A stretch of DNA of 64,000 nt, taken from positions 71,362,001 to 71,426,000 of the forward strand of contig NC_135822.1 in assembly GCF_964213995.1 (NCBI RefSeq). The letters are read 5' to 3'. Origin of the DNA: Mustelus asterias. Lineage: Eukaryota. Shown in pieces: positions 39,066 through 53,600 of the stretch (position 1 is the stretch's first letter; each line of letters begins with the position of its first letter). A model generated the notes under the pieces. That model was not told the origin of the DNA and did not search any database. It saw nothing but the letters and a program-made list of their open reading frames with translations. A program made the position numbers and the translations under genes.

Positions 39066-41097
39066 TAGACCCAGCCCGTCATTGGGTAAGCTCATGGTGG
39101 GGAGCCCTTCCCCGTTGGTTGATATGTATGAATGATCAATTTAGCGGTCGGTTTGGGAAGCTGGGATCATGATTGGTGCAGGCATCATGGAGTTCAGTCT
39201 GGAATCACATTGTTACTCCCGTGGTGTTAGCTTGTTAGCCCAAAGATGGCACTCACCTGGCTGCCTCTTATAGAATGGAGGGGGTTGTATCACTGGGATT
39301 GCCACTGGAACAGCTTAAAGGGTGGAATAAATGCACTGGCTTCTCTCCTTTCAGATTCCTGAACCGCAATCAGCAGATTTTTATCCGCCATCTATTTTTC
39401 ATGACACTGAGTGGAAGACAGAATGCTGAAATCAAGTCCAAACTGGGCTCTGATCTATTCATAGACACAGCGAGGACTGGGAAAACTGGAGTGCTGTCGA
39501 AACTGTTCAGCACATCACACGCATCAGATCTCATTTCAATTGTACTGGTGGCAGATAAGGCTCTCAGGTTTTTAGCTGTTGCATGAAGCACTATCAGATG
39601 ACATTATGAAGGGCACCATGCACTGGCACTACAGGCACAGCCCGAGGTTGCAGTGGCTTGTGCAATTGCAACTTTTCACATCAGTTGAAGTGTGCAACGC
39701 TATCCAGATTGGTGTTTGAGTCCACGTCGCCACGGTAACATACACATTGTACTCTGCAGTAATGGATAGTGATGACAGTCTCCAACTTTCTTTCCATCAC
39801 ATGGCTGGCCAGAAATCTCTCCTGCTCTCACTGGCTGCCGTGGGCACATGTTGAAAAGATGAATGGGTTGACACTCAACCTGTCTGGCCATGATACGAAT
39901 ACACCTCCCTGAGCCATCAAGTCCTGCAGTGGGACTCGAACCCAGAGCTCCCGGTTCAGAGGCATGGATCCCACCCAGTGCGCCACAAGACCACTATCTG
40001 GATGAGAAACATAGAAACAAAGGATCAGGAGGAGACCATTTATCCCCTTCACCCTCTTTCACCATTGAATGAGATCAGGGCTGATCTATGACCTCACTCC
40101 AGACACCCATAAAACCATAAAACATAGGAGCAGAATTAGGCCATTCGGCTCATCGAGTCTGCTCCGCCATTCAATCATGGCTGATATTTTTCTCATCCCC
40201 ATTCTCCTGCCTTTTCCCCATAATCCCTGATCCCCTTATTAATCAAGAACCTATCTATCTCTGTCTTAAAGACACTCAATGACCTGGTCTCCACAACCTT
40301 CTGCAGCAAAGAGTTCCACAGATTCACCACTCTCTGGTTGAAGAAACATCCACTTTCTTCCCATTTCCCTTCAGACCCTAGGATAACAAAAATCCAGGAT
40401 TTGAAGTGACAATTGATCCAGATTCGATTCTCATTTCTGGAAGTGGGTTCCAAACTTTACCACTCTGTGTGCTGGAGGTGTTACCTAATATCACTGTGGA
40501 AGGCTCTCGGTCTAACTTGTAACTTACGCCCCACCTCGGCCTTCCATTTGCCAACCCGTGTAAAAAGTTTCTATCCATTTCCCCCATTTCTTCCCCTTCA
40601 CATCTTGAAAACTTTGGCCAAATCATCTGCTAGCTTTTTAAATTCCAGGGAATACAACCCTCGCCCATATCCCTTGGACACCATGTGTCATTCCAATAAA
40701 CCTACGCTGCACTTCCTCCAAGGCCAATATGCTTCCGACTTCAACCAAGTGCCAAGCAGAAGCCAGACTGCACATTCCCCAAAGGGAGGTGGGAAATTTG
40801 GAATCCTGCCCATTAATGAGCCACAGGGAACTGGATAAATTCAGAGTGTGGCCAATGTAACCTCCTGGATAATTTACTTGGGTGCTGGGGGATGTCTTTT
40901 CCATTCACCATGATCCCAGGAAACTCTTTTGATCACCTTCCAGACACTGACAACTGGCACTGGTGTTTTCTGGAAATCCTTCCTCACTGCTCACCCTCGA
41001 TTTGTTACCGGCCCAGTGGCACAACCAAAAAATACAATCACATCCGTCACTTGAATTATCAAAGGAGTGCGCACGTGAAAAGAAATCAGGGGGTGGG

Positions 41098-42050
41098 CAT
41101 TTATATTAATGATTTGGATGAGAATTTAGGAGGTATGGTTAGTATGTTTCCAGATGGCACCACGATTTGTGGCATAGTGGACAGTGAAGAAGGTTATCTT
41201 GGATTGCAATGGGATCTTGATCAATTGGGCCAATGGACTGACGAATAGCAGATGGAGTTTAATTTAGATAAATGCGAGGTGATGCATTTTGGGAGGTCGA
41301 ACAAGGGTCGGACTTACTCAGTTAATGGTAGGACATTGGGCAGAGTTACAGAACAAAGAGATCTAGGGGTACAGGTTCTTAGCTCTTTGAAAGTGGAGTC
41401 ACAGGTGGACAGGGCGGTGAAGAAGGCATTTAGCATGCTTTGGTCAGAACATTGAATACAGGAGTTGGAACATCTTGTTGAAATTATAAAAGACATTGGT
41501 AAGGCCACATTTGGAATACTGTGTACAGTCCTGGTCACCCTATTATAGAAAGGATATTATTAAACGAGAAAGGTGCAGAAAAGATTTACTAGTATGCTAC
41601 CAGGACTTGATGGTTTGAGTTATAAGGAGAGGCTGGATAGACTGGGACTTTTTTCCCTGGAGCATAGGAGGCTGAGGGGTGACCTTATAGAGGTCTGTAA
41701 AATAATGAGGGGCATAGATCAGCTAGATAGTCGACACCTTCTCCCAAAGGTAGGGGAGTCTAAAACTAGAGGGCATAGGTTTAAGGTGAGAGGGGAGAGA
41801 TACAAAAGTGTCCAGAGGGGCAATTTTTTCACACAGAGGGTGGTGAGTGTCTGGAACGAGCTGCCAGAGATAGTAGGAGAGGCAGGTACAATTTTGTCTT
41901 TTAAAAAGCATTTAGACAGTTACATGGATAAGATGGGTATAGAGGGACATGGGCCAAATGCAGGCAATTGGGAGTAGCTTAGTGGTTAAAAACTGGGCGA
42001 CATGGACAAGTTGGGCTAAAGGCCTGTTTCCATGCTGTAAACCTCTATGA
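41098..42050 (+). mobile_element. CR1 LINE RT 3' fragment
   Basis: IYINDLDEN, MEFNLDKCEVMHFG, RRLRGDLIEV. Confidence 0.92.
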
Positions 42051-42674
42051 CGATGACTGAGCAAACTGCACAGCAACAATGATTCAATGCAGCATGGCAC
42101 CACATCAGTGCTATAATCCAACACAACCAATTGTCAACATCTCGAGCCTTGGAAATACAATCAAATTTAGCTGAATAAGTTACCACCTCCCGATTTGAAG
42201 GTGTTTCAGCGCGTCTCCCTGAGCTCCGATACCCACAGGCACCCACACCATCAGCTGCTCACACTTCCAGTTTAAAATTACACTGCATATTTCAGACAGC
42301 TGATTGCTTCACAGTCCCCCCCCATCCCATTTAAATTCACTTCCCTCTTCATCCCACATTCACATGACCCTGTCTGGAACTGTACCCAAACAGCAGCCTT
42401 AAATACAGCATCGTAGGAACTGCTTGTGGGGCCATTTCCCTGACTACTTCCTCCAGCAATATTGACAATAACTGGCAGCAATCAGGGTTAGAAGCCTGAT
42501 AGGTTTTTACCCTCTCAAACGGTACCACCCCTACTGCAATCTGGACTGGGATCAGCTAACTCAGAAAATACGTCACTTAATTAACGCAAGTTATAGCCCT
42601 GGGCTAGTGCTCAGGAGTTGGTACTGAATGCGTTACCAGGTACACCTCCCATCCAAAATTCAGTTGTGCGCAAG

Positions 42675-43240
42675 AAACAGAAGCAGGAGTGGGCCACCGG
42701 GTCCTTCAAGCCTGCCCCGCCAGTCAATAAGATCATGGCTCTTCTGTTCCATCCTCAGCTCCTTCTCTGTATCATTTCCCCAGAGCCCTTTATTCCCCGA
42801 TCTATCAAATATTTATCCACCTCCACTTTAAATACTTCTAATGGTCCAGCTTCCACTCCCCTTTGGGGGCAGAGAATTCCAGAGATTCACCACCCTCTGC
42901 GAAAAGAAATTTCTACGCACCTCAGTTTTAAACAACCAGCCCTTTATCTTGTAGCTATGTCCCCTTGTTCAAGATTCTCCCACGAGTGAAAACATCTCAC
43001 CAGCTACCCTGTCAATCCCCCCCTTAGGATCTTGTATGTTCGAATAAGGTCACCCCCTCACTCTTCTAAGCTCCAAGCAATACAGAGCCAGACAATTTAG
43101 TCTCTCTTGACAGGACAACCCTCTCATCCCAGGAATTAACTTGGTGGATCTGCTTTGGACTGCCTCAACGTTACAATGTCCGTTTTAAGGTTAAGGTATC
43201 CAGGTGAGGTCTCACCAACACCCTGTACAATTGCAACAAG
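42675..43240 (-). mobile_element. CR1 LINE 3' fragment (older)
   Basis: 3' UTR and degenerate ORF2 end similar to the other copies. Confidence 0.75.
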
Positions 43241-46100
43241 ACTATGTAGCATTGTAATATTAAGCAGGGAGGTGGCACATGCAATGCTGTGTTATGATGC
43301 CTACCCTTTCAGATGCTCATCCCTTGATGTTTTAAAAACTATTTTGTGTTTGTGGGAATCGGGTTTGGGGAGTTGCTGTTTACGGATGTTGTTACTCACG
43401 ATGTGAAAGCTGTCATTTGTTTAAGACCGAAAGACGTGCTGGTTAGGGTGCATTGGCCGTGCTAAATTCTCCCTCAGCGTACCCGAACTAGGGGATTTTC
43501 ACAGTAACTTCGTTGCAGTGTTAATATAAGCACATCTGTGACACTAACAAATATAAACCTCAACTTATTTTCCAGTCTGTTTATCTTTGCAGCTGATGTA
43601 TGACTTTGAGCTCATAAAATTCCTCAGTTCCAGTAAGCTGCACAGTTGGATTTCCAGTCAGTTTTTAATGAATTCCAATAGCTGGCATCTTGTGTGAAAT
43701 ATGGAAATTGTCTGTGCATCATACCACATCAAATGTTTTTAAAAATTCTTTCATGGGACGTGGGTGTCGCTGGCTTGGGCCACCATTTGTTGCCCATCCC
43801 TAATTGTCCCATTTCAGAGGGCAGTTAAGTCAACCACATTACTGTGGATCTGGAGTCACATGTAGGCCAGACCAGTTAAGGACGGCAGATTTCCTCCCCT
43901 TAAGGACAGTAGTGAACCAGATGGGTTTTTCCAACAATGGTTTCAGGATTTTTATTGAATTCAAGTTTCATCATCTGCTGTGGTGGGATTCGAACCTGGG
44001 TCCCCTGGGTATTGCCCCGGGTCTCTGGGTTACAAGTCCAGCAAATATACCATGACACACTGCCTCCTGGTGAGAATGAAAGGAAATGTGCTCCCTCACC
44101 AAAATCAGGAAGCTTGGAATAATACTGAATGTCGCGCAACAGGGCAATGACGATGATCAAACACCAAGCCAGGAAAGGGGAGGTGTCCAAAAGCTTGGTC
44201 AAAATCTGTTTTCAGGAGCACGCTATAGAAAGAGGGATGGGCAGAGGAGGTGAGAAGGACAAGTTTTTGATGGGAGGCCAGGCAGGAAAGTACAGGGATG
44301 GCGAATACTGCCAAGCTCGGGGGATCTGTGCAGGGATGAGGTTGGCCACTTATCATCCCCTGCCATACCCACCCCCTCTCACACCCCGTTAAAATGGGGC
44401 TTTCATCGCTTTCCTTTGCTTATACACTTGTGCGTAATACTGCATTGTGAAAAGACCCTTTCTTCTGCATTGTGTCTAAGTCATGCATCTTGGATGTGTC
44501 TTCCAGCTCCCATTCATTATTCAGCCTATCAATGGCTTCATTTTAGCTATGACACATCGATCAGACTCCACAGCACTTTCCACAACACGCGAAGGTCACA
44601 GACCTTTTCAAGTGGAGTCAGATGTTTGATGCCTTGGCCGATATTTGTCTCTCAAACAACGTTACTGAAGCAGATTACCTGGTCATTGTCACATTGCTGT
44701 TTGTGGAATCTTGCTGTGCTCAAATTGGCTGTTGCATTTCCTAGTATGCAACAGTGACTGCGCTTCAACGTATCTGGCTGCCTGTGAAAGGCTGTGGGAT
44801 GTCTTTCGGTGATGTAAGGCTCTAGGTAAAAACAGGGGGGGGAGAATTCTCCCATCCCACCCGCCATGGGAATTGTAGCAGGCGGCAGGGATGGACCACG
44901 CAAAGATCCATTGACCTTGGGTGGGATTCTGCGGTTTTGGGGCGAGCGCGGCTGGTGAATCCCACCCAAGATTCTTTCTCACATGTGAAAAGGAAGAACC
45001 TGCTTTCATGTAGCACCTAATCACGTCCTTGCAATATCTCCAATCAATTACTTTTTGACTCGTGGTTAAACTCAATATTGAGTCCAAAAGGCCAGACATA
45101 CAGTGTCGAGTCCTCGAGCGAATGTTCTCCTCTACAGCAAGGAGGCCAAACTCAGATCGACTGATTGCTTTGGTGGACACTTCCATTCAGTTTGCAAGCT
45201 TGACAGAGAGCTTCTGGCCGCGTGTCATTTCAATTCCCTTCCGCTCCCACTCAAGCCGTTCCGTCTTCCACCTCCCACACTTTTACAAAGAAGCTCGAGG
45301 AACAGAACCCCAGCTTCCAAACTGAAAACAACCTTCCAAACTCAACAATGTCTGACCACAGCCACTGCTTCCATTTGTCAAAGAGCAGGGACTGGGAATG
45401 GTCTCATTTACAGCCCCTCCTCGTGCAACGTCTCTGCTTTTCCTCATCTCATTACCACGCTTTTTAAAAAAAAAACTTGTACCCTCACTCCTTGTGTTGT
45501 TCAATCGCCCCTGCCCTCCACTCAAGTACACCTTTCCCCATTTGTTCCTCTTCCCCTCTCCCTGCCTCTGAAGTTGCTTAAGAACTATTGCATTTCTAAC
45601 AAGTCCCACTTCCTACGAAAGGTAACCAGCCTGAAACTGAGCTCGGTTTTCCTCTCTGCACAGATGCTGCACGACCTGCTGTCCAACTTTAGCATTTTCT
45701 GTGTTTTAATCTATTTTCCAGCAACTGCACTATTTTGTACATCAGAGACAAAGGGGAGGGGGGGAGGGGGGGAGGGGGGGGGGCAGAAACTTACACGTGC
45801 ATTCAAGCTTTTCCACGAATATCATGCTGAAAATATTAATTACGTTCCGAATCGCAGTGCTGCACATCAGAGCACATTCAAATACTTAGACAAATTCAAA
45901 TGCAGAGAGCTGACTTTCTCAAAGCCTTTTTCCAGCTGAAATCAGGGCACTTTGGTAAGATTGAAACAACAGGGTAAAGTACGGGCACAGTGAAGCACAA
46001 TCATCAACATCTGGTTAATGGAAGGAGGCTTGTACAGAACATTATGGAACAGAAATGAACTGTAAATTCAATGCAATCCTGTATAAAGCAGTGAAGGCCT

Positions 46101-47082
46101 TGAAATTATGCTGAGGGTGAACAGGTTCATCTCAAATACACTGCTATTTTAACAGAGGTTTTCTGGAATGACCTCAACAAGGCCCACGAGGTTGGCCTGT
46201 TGGAGTATGAGCTCCCTGATTGAGGTAATTATTGCTCTGCTCTACCTTGGCGGGCCCTGTTGCCACCGGGCGGTGGAGGTCCCCTGTGGAAGTCCCTCTA
46301 CGGAGGGATCCTCCCCCACTATCTTGGGGACCTGGGGTGGAGGGTGGTGCATACAACAACAGGTTAAATTGGTTCGCGGACTCCCAAGCGACAGCCCTTT
46401 TTGCAACCTTGTGGAGTCCATGAGCCGTGTCTACGTTGAGTGTTATGGCTGCACACCCTTTAGTTTCCTCAAAAACCTTTCGTTGATGTTTTGTTTGCAC
46501 TTCAGTCCCACGCTCCTGATCTATGGACACTCGGTGCGGAGGGGGAGCGGGGAAGGAGGAGGACCTCCTCGTGAACCTCCTCCTGGCCCTGGCCAAGCCA
46601 TCTACAAGTCCCGGCAGCGGGCAACTGAGGGGTCATCCAATCCTACTGTCTGCCCCTCTGTCGCGGCTATATTCATGTCCGTGTGTCCCTAGAAAGGGAG
46701 CATGCGGTGTCCAAGGGCACCGTTAACATCTTCCGTGCCCACTGGGCACCGCAGGGACTGGGGTGCATAACTGACCCCTTTAATCGCATTTTGATCTGAT
46801 GTTTTAAGTTTCCTTTCCAGTTTGTCCTTTGTTTCGAGCGGTTCCCCTTCTTTTGGGAGCTGCCCATTTTAATTTGTCCCTGAGTTAAGTTATTTGGTTG
46901 GTCAAAAAGATTGGTAATGATTGCTCTGCCCAGAGAGACTCACCCGTATATATATTGAGGAGTGTCAGGTCCAATGGGACTCCAGATTCTGACTGTGTAC
47001 CTGAAACACTCTAACAGTGGAATAGAGTTTGTAAATAAAGAGAATCTGGTGAAGGGACACGGGCCTCTGAGGAGTTATTTCA
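46101..47082 (+). mobile_element. Short LTR-like element (about 290 nt net) split by the Tx1 insertion
   Basis: Termini TGAAAT...ATTTCA, TATA-like TATATATA near 46947, AATAAA near 47034. No clean TSD. Confidence 0.55.
46241..46912 (+). mobile_element. 5'-truncated Tx1-type L1 non-LTR retrotransposon (ORF2 C-terminus and 3' UTR)
   Basis: Frameshifted PFCNLVES..VYVEC, FCLHFSPTLLIYGH, EEDLLVNLLLALAK, AIYKSRQR, typical of the Tx1 ORF2 zinc-knuckle end. 17-bp TSD GGTAAT(T/G)ATTGCTCTGC at 46224-46240 and 46913-46929. Confidence 0.85.
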
Positions 47083-47419
47083 TCTTCAGTCCTGACAGGT
47101 TAACACCTCTGCTGCAGCATTGAAGAAACAAATTTGAGGTCAGCTTGTCTGGGATAGTCACACAGTGCAATTTCAAAAGCTGCTGTTCAAAGCTTCGTTA
47201 AGGAACACTGAAAGATGTCTTACTCTGCTGACTTACATTCTCCCTCAGTGTACCCAAACAGGTGCTGGAGTGTGGCAACTAGGGGATTTTCACAGAAACT
47301 TCATTGCAGTGTTAATGTAAGTCCACTTGTGACACTAATCAACTTCTTGTGAAGACTAATTTGTAAACTGCATCTCTCTTTAACCTCCTGATTTTTGCTG
47401 ACCAGATGAATAGATTTTT

Positions 47420-47782
47420 TCTTTATTCGTTTGTGCGACATGGGCGTCGCTCGCTGGGCCAGCATTTATTGCCCATCCCTACTTGTCCGAGGGCAGTTGA
47501 GAGTCAACCACATTGCTGTGGCTCTGAAGTCACATGTAGGCCAGACCAGGTAAAAACGGCAGATTTCCTTCCCTAAAGGACATTAGTGAACCAGACGGGT
47601 TTTTCTGACAATTGACAATGGTTTCATGGTCATCAGTAGGTTCTTAACTCCAGATTTTTTTTTTTTATTGAATTCAAATTCCACCAACTGCCATAGCGTG
47701 ATTCAAACCTGGGTTCCCAGAACATTCACTGAGTTTCTGGACGAACAGTCTAGTGATAATACCACTAGGCCATCACTTTCCC
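47420..47782 (-). mobile_element. tRNA-derived SINE (Meta-domain-like), full length
   Basis: Minus strand: A/B boxes, then ggttcactaatgtcctttagggaaggaaatctgccg, then a tail matching the LINE at 56900-57565. Confidence 0.78.
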
Positions 47783-49039
47783 TGAAAGATTATAAACTTT
47801 TATTGGACAGTTCAGCAAAGGTGGACATTCAGGAATAGAGGCTTTTAAAAATGTATTAGTGTCACAAGTAGGCTTACATTAACACTACAATGAAGTTGCT
47901 GTGAAAATCCCCTAATCACCACACTCCGGTGCCTGTTTGGGTACACTGGAGGGAGAATTTAGCATGGCCAAGGCATCTAACCGGCACATCTTCCGGACTG
48001 GGGGAAGAACCCTTTTCCAATTGATCCAGAAAAGAAATAGTTATGTTCAATGTTATTGCACTTTGGATATGGAAACTTTAATCATATTTTAGATGACGCT
48101 GGAAGCAATAAATCACTCATTCCTGTTCACTCCACCAACATTCCTGGTTTATTTCTTTTTTAATTCCAAAAGTAGAGGAATAAACTTTTCTTTTGTCAGT
48201 AGACAAGATAAAAGTATCTCTAAATAGGAGCAGCGTCTCTCACACACTCTGGGAAAGGTGGTCTTTATCTAACTTTAGCCTGGGATATCACATGGCTTGT
48301 GGAAGGGGTGTAGGACATCGATTGCGGTGCATTCCAGATGGGCTAAATGGACCAGAGAGGCTTTTCCTGTTCCGGGTTGGTCATAGCTTTCGCTTGTAAG
48401 TAGTCATCAGTGTCGTTTTTGTGACATATCATTAATGTACTAGACAGTGGAGTTTCTATGGATGACACCAAGAAAGTCTGTGCACTTTATAGAGATAGCT
48501 AGCTGTAGGCCAGTTGGAGCATAAATATCTCTCCCATTTGCCCCAAAATTACAGCAGGAAGAGGGAGTTCTGTGAAAAGTAATTAACGTTTCCAGAATGG
48601 GTGTACAGAAGCTCAGTATGTTACAGTGCCATGTCTGTGGGTGGAGAGGTGGCACCCTGTAGTGCCAATCAGCAGCCCCAGCTGTTACTCCCTGACTTCA
48701 TCTCTGCTCAAATGCCACGAATCCCACGCGTCAGGTCCAGGACAACTGTCACTTGGCACTGGAAGTGGCAGTAAAGTAGGTTGACTTAAGCCACGCTGGA
48801 TTTGAAAAGTAACTGTCCCAGTTATCAACACAGCCATCAATCATGCACAACTTGACAAATCTGAGGTTCGGTGTGGAACTCTCTCACGGGTCAGCCAGAA
48901 GGTTCAAATCTCACTCCAGGGCTTGAGCACAAGAATTTAAGCCAGATACTCTGTGCAGTACTGCGGGAGTACTGTTAGAGGTGCTTTCTTTCGGATCAGA
49001 TGTTCCTCTCTGACAAGAATAAAAGATCCCTTGACAATA

Positions 49040-49340
49040 GGGGCGGCACAGTGGTTAGCACTGCTGCTTCACAGTGCCAAGGACCAGGTTTAATTCCAGC
49101 TTCGGGTGACTGTGTGCGTGGAGTTTGCACATTCTCCCCATGTCTGCGTGGGTTCCCTCCGGGTGCTCTGGTTTCCTCCCACAGTCCAAAGATGTGCAGG
49201 TTAGGTTAATTGGCCATGTTAAATTACCCGTTAGTGTCAGGCGGACTAGCTAAGATAAATACAAGGCGTTTTTGGGATAGGACCTGGGCAGGATTGTTGT
49301 CGGTGCAGACTCAATGGGCCAAACGGCCTCCTTCTGCACT
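49040..49340 (+). mobile_element. HE1-like SINE, tail type A
   Basis: Consensus match. Confidence 0.85.
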
Positions 49341-50649
49341 GTGGGGATTCTATGATTCTATTCTGTGAATATTTCAAAGACGAGCAAGGGTGTAAGCCCT
49401 GGTCATTATTCAAAATGCTTTGGCAAGTCAATTGGTCACAAAAGAGTGATGTAAATCTAAGACTTTTTCTTATGTATTTCTGTAAGTTGATAGATAGGGC
49501 TAAATAAAGCACTAATAAACAGCAATGTGAATTTATGTCCAATGGTATTTTGAATAATATAACAAGTGTGACATTATGTTGTAAAGAGCTGTCTACAAAA
49601 GTCATGCCATCTGCCCCAAAGATAATTTTGCTTTGCACATTTGTTCTCCACCTCAAGCGTTGAATTACACATCTGATCTATAATCGGATGTCTGATGAGC
49701 AAGGTGTCACTGGCTGTGAAACTACCTCTGTCTGATATGCCATTCCATTGTTAGGTAGCGTGCCAGGCGACAGAGACACTTGATCCACCACAAAACAATC
49801 CAGGATTTGGGCAGCAGTTTCAGTCAGCATCGGGGAGCGAGCTGTCACTGAACATCTGCAGAGCGCTGTTAATCATTCACCTGTGCTCTTGGCCCCGAAT
49901 CCAACATTCCTACTGGAACACCAGATATAAAAACTGTGAAGAACGACAGGGCTGTTCACGGTGAGCATGAGGAATACTTGAAAATGAGTTACTTTCCCCA
50001 GTTTCATGACTGACAAACCCAAACTGTTAAAGTCTGGGCAACTGGTTTAATTAATTTCCTCAATGTAACACATACTCAGGGAGCGGTTTTAAGCTAATCT
50101 GTCCACCAGAAGTGTAAAATCATTCGACAGCAGAGTGTGAAGCTGGTGTTTCCCCCATGCATTTCTCATTTGGGAGTTAACAACAATGTACATTCATATA
50201 GCAACTTTATCATATTAACTTTCAACGTGCTTCAGAGGAGCATGAGAAAGGAGATATTACATTGAACCACATAAGATCTGAACTCAAATGACCAAAAGCT
50301 TGGCTAAAGAGTTATGTTTTAAGGAGTGTCAGAGCATGGGGCACAGGCAAAGAGATTTAGGGAAGGAGTTCCAGAGATTGGGGCCCAGATAGTTGAAAGC
50401 ACAACCACCCATGGTCAAGTCATTATAATTGGGGGTGCTTCAGAGATGAGAATTGGATGAGTGCAGAAACCTCACAACTGTGGGGCTGGAGGAAATTCCA
50501 AAGATAGGGAGGGATGGGTAAGGGAGGGATTGGAAAACAAAATTGAGAGTTATTAAATCCAGGGTGACTGGCTGCTTATGTTGGTCAGTGAGTTCAGGGG
50601 TAACGGGACTTGGGTGCAAGTTAACACATACACAGCAGCAGTTCACAGA

Positions 50650-50950
50650 GAATCATAGAATCCCTACAGTGCAGCAGGAGGCCATTTGGCCCATCGAGTC
50701 TGCACCAACTCTTCAAAAAGGCATCTTACCTAGGCCCATCCCCTGCTCTATCCGCATAATCCTATCCTGCTAATCAACCTAACCTGCACATCTTTGGAGT
50801 ATAGGAGGAAATCGGAGCACCCGGAGGAAACCCACGCAGACACGGGGAGAACGTGCAGGCTCCACACAGACAGTGACCCAAGTCCGGAATTGAACCCGGG
50901 TTGCTGGCGCTCTGAGGCAGCAGTGCTAACCACTGTGCCATCATGCCACC
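50650..50950 (-). mobile_element. HE1-like SINE
   Basis: Consensus match. Confidence 0.85.
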
Positions 50951-52196
50951 AGGAATGCCAACCAGGAGTTGGGTTAAAATGACCCCTACAGTGAGAGAAA
51001 ATGAGGGCAACTGTTGATCTAATACTGAAAACTCTCAGATTGAAATCACGGTGCAATCTTCACTGACTGTCACAGGGCAGGAGTCACCGACCAGCAATGA
51101 AATTCAAGCATCTCCCTAACATAAAATAGCCCATTCCTATCCATTTAGCGGTTTCCAAATAACTCCCTTCGACTTGGATCTGTCAGAAGCAGGTTTGTCA
51201 TATCCAAGTCTTAAATAACTTCAACCTTATTCAATCCAGCCTCCAGGATTATTAAGGAAAGTTCAAATTCAAACAGACGAGAGATCAAAGCTGGAATTAA
51301 CATTTCAAGTCCAGCCAGAATCTTCAGCCAGAGAGTGGTGAGTCTGCGGAACTCTTTGCCGCAGAAGGCTGTGGAGGCCAGGTCATTGAGTGTCTTTAAG
51401 ACAGAGATAGATAGGTTCTTGATTAATAAGGGGATCAGGGGTTATGGGGAAAAGGCAGGAGATTGGGGATGGGAAAAATATCAGCCATGATTGAATGGCG
51501 GAACAGACTTGATGAGCCGAATGGCCTAATTCTGCTCCTATGTCTTATGGTCTTATGAACCATCGTTTGGGGTTCTCTCTCCAGAACCCCAAACGAGAGT
51601 CAAAGCAGACTCGAAACATGAAGTCTGTTTCTCTCTCCACAGAGGCTACCAGACTTGCTGAACTTTTCCAGCACTTTTTCCAAATCTCCAGCATTGGCAA
51701 TATTTTGTTTTTACTTGAATGAAAGATGGAAATTTCCTCATCGGCCTGCTGTGTCCTACACTGGGCTGTGTATTCACTGTATTAAATTAATGGTTAAACT
51801 TTCTGCATGTTATATTTCATATGAGTGTTTAATCGCGATCTTGATTTTTTGTTGTTGCAAATATTGAGTAATTGTGGGATCCCCTGGATGGTTTGCCTCA
51901 GTTAAAAAGCTTCATTCTCAGGTATTTCTGCCTCATGTGCCTAAGTATGCTTTGCTTTAAAGCTAACTTGGCCACACTTTAAAACTCAGCTTGGAAATCT
52001 GGGTTTTGAGCTTAGAAATTGACTGCATTTGAAAGTACAAGGCAAGCAAAGCTTTGCATAAACAGAAGAAGCTTTCATGGTCACACAGCTGTGAATTGTT
52101 TTTGAAAGCTGGAGACGGCTTGTACCCAGCCCTTTAATAGCACAGATAACAGAATTCATATATTGTTAGTAACAGCTTTGTGTTCAGTTCTGTTCA

Positions 52197-52512
52197 AATC
52201 ATAGAATCTCTACAGTGCAGGAGGCAGCCATTTGGCCCATCGAGTCTGCACTGACCACAAGACCACCCAGCCCTATCCCTGTAACCCCACATATTTATCC
52301 TGCTAATTTCCCTGACACTAAGGGTCAATATAGCATGGCCAATCCACCTAACCTGCACATCTTTGGAGTGTGGGAGGAAACTGGAGCACCCAGAGGAAAA
52401 CCACACAGACATGGGGAGACTCCACACAGACAGTGACCCAAGCCGGGAATTGAACGCGGGTCTCTGGTGCTGTGAGGCAGCAGTGCTAACCCACTGTGCC
52501 ACCGTGCCACCC
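52197..52512 (-). mobile_element. HE1-like SINE, tail type A
   Basis: Consensus match. Confidence 0.85.
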
Positions 52513-53321
52513 AAGTTGTGTTGAATCCCGTACAAGCTTTTGGATCAAGTCTGTATTGGCTTTCTTCTCTCTCTTCTCAGTAAATTAATATCTCGTGTTT
52601 TCTGTAAATGCTAATTTTAATTGATGTTCAATAAATCAAGTTTTACTTCTGACCAGTTGTGCCTGCGACTATTCTAAGAAGAGAACAGACCCGACAATAA
52701 TACATAGTGGAAAGTAACAACAACCACACAGCAACCTGAGCCATTTTTCCCTGGTATCCTCGTGTGTTTTTATCCTGCAGCTTCACTAAAACAGAGTATC
52801 CGGACATTTATCTCATTGCTTCTTGTGGGACCTTGCTGTGCTCAAAACTGACTGCCAAATTTTACTATGTTCCAATGCTTCAAAAGCGACTTCATTGGCT
52901 GTGAAGTGCTTTGGTCATGAAAAGTGCTCCTCAGATCCATCTTTTTTCACCTTAAGAGTGCTGAGTAAGTCACAGTGGACTCTTCAATCCATCCCAAGGA
53001 AGACGACTTGGCAATAGTTTCGACATCATTCCTCAATAAAATCACAGCAGTAAATCACACTGCAAAATGCTCACGTAAGGTGCCCTTCAGGGGTGAAATC
53101 CTGCCACTTTTACTGTCCTACACTACGCGGCTGCCTCTTAAATACTCTCAGTGTTGGACACTGAATCCTGCCTTGCCAGTGTCACCCATACTCGAAGAAC
53201 AGTTGGCGAAGTGTGTGAGCATACTGTGGATAAAACAGGATCGAGTGCATCAGTGATGTACTCGATATTTGTTTTGCTTTCTGGTACTCAGGTTCAGAAT
53301 AACACACACAATGGCCATTTG

Positions 53322-53600
53322 GTTAAAGTTTTTTTTAGTTTATTATTAGTCACAAGTAAGGCTTACATTAACACTGCAATGAAGTTACTGTGAAATTCCC
53401 CTAGTCGGCACAGTCTGTTCGGGGCAATGCACCTCACGTCTTTCAGAATGTGGGAGGAAACCGGAGCACCTGGAGGAAACCCACTCAGACACGGGGAGAA
53501 CGTGCAAACTCCACACAGAAATGACCCAAGCCGGGAATCAAACCCGGGTCCCTGGCGCTGTGAAGCAGCAGTGCTAACCACTGTGCTACCGTGCCACCCA
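53322..53600 (-). mobile_element. HE1-like SINE, tail type B
   Basis: Consensus match. Confidence 0.83.

Noticed and set aside
45750-45783. G-quadruplex-capable G runs (also near 9737, 12004 and 38476)
   Set aside because: Simple homopolymer tracts with no evidence of function.
45103-45939. 278-aa ORF
   Set aside because: Non-ATG start, low complexity, crosses a decayed Penelope-type repeat and G runs, and has no recognisable domain.
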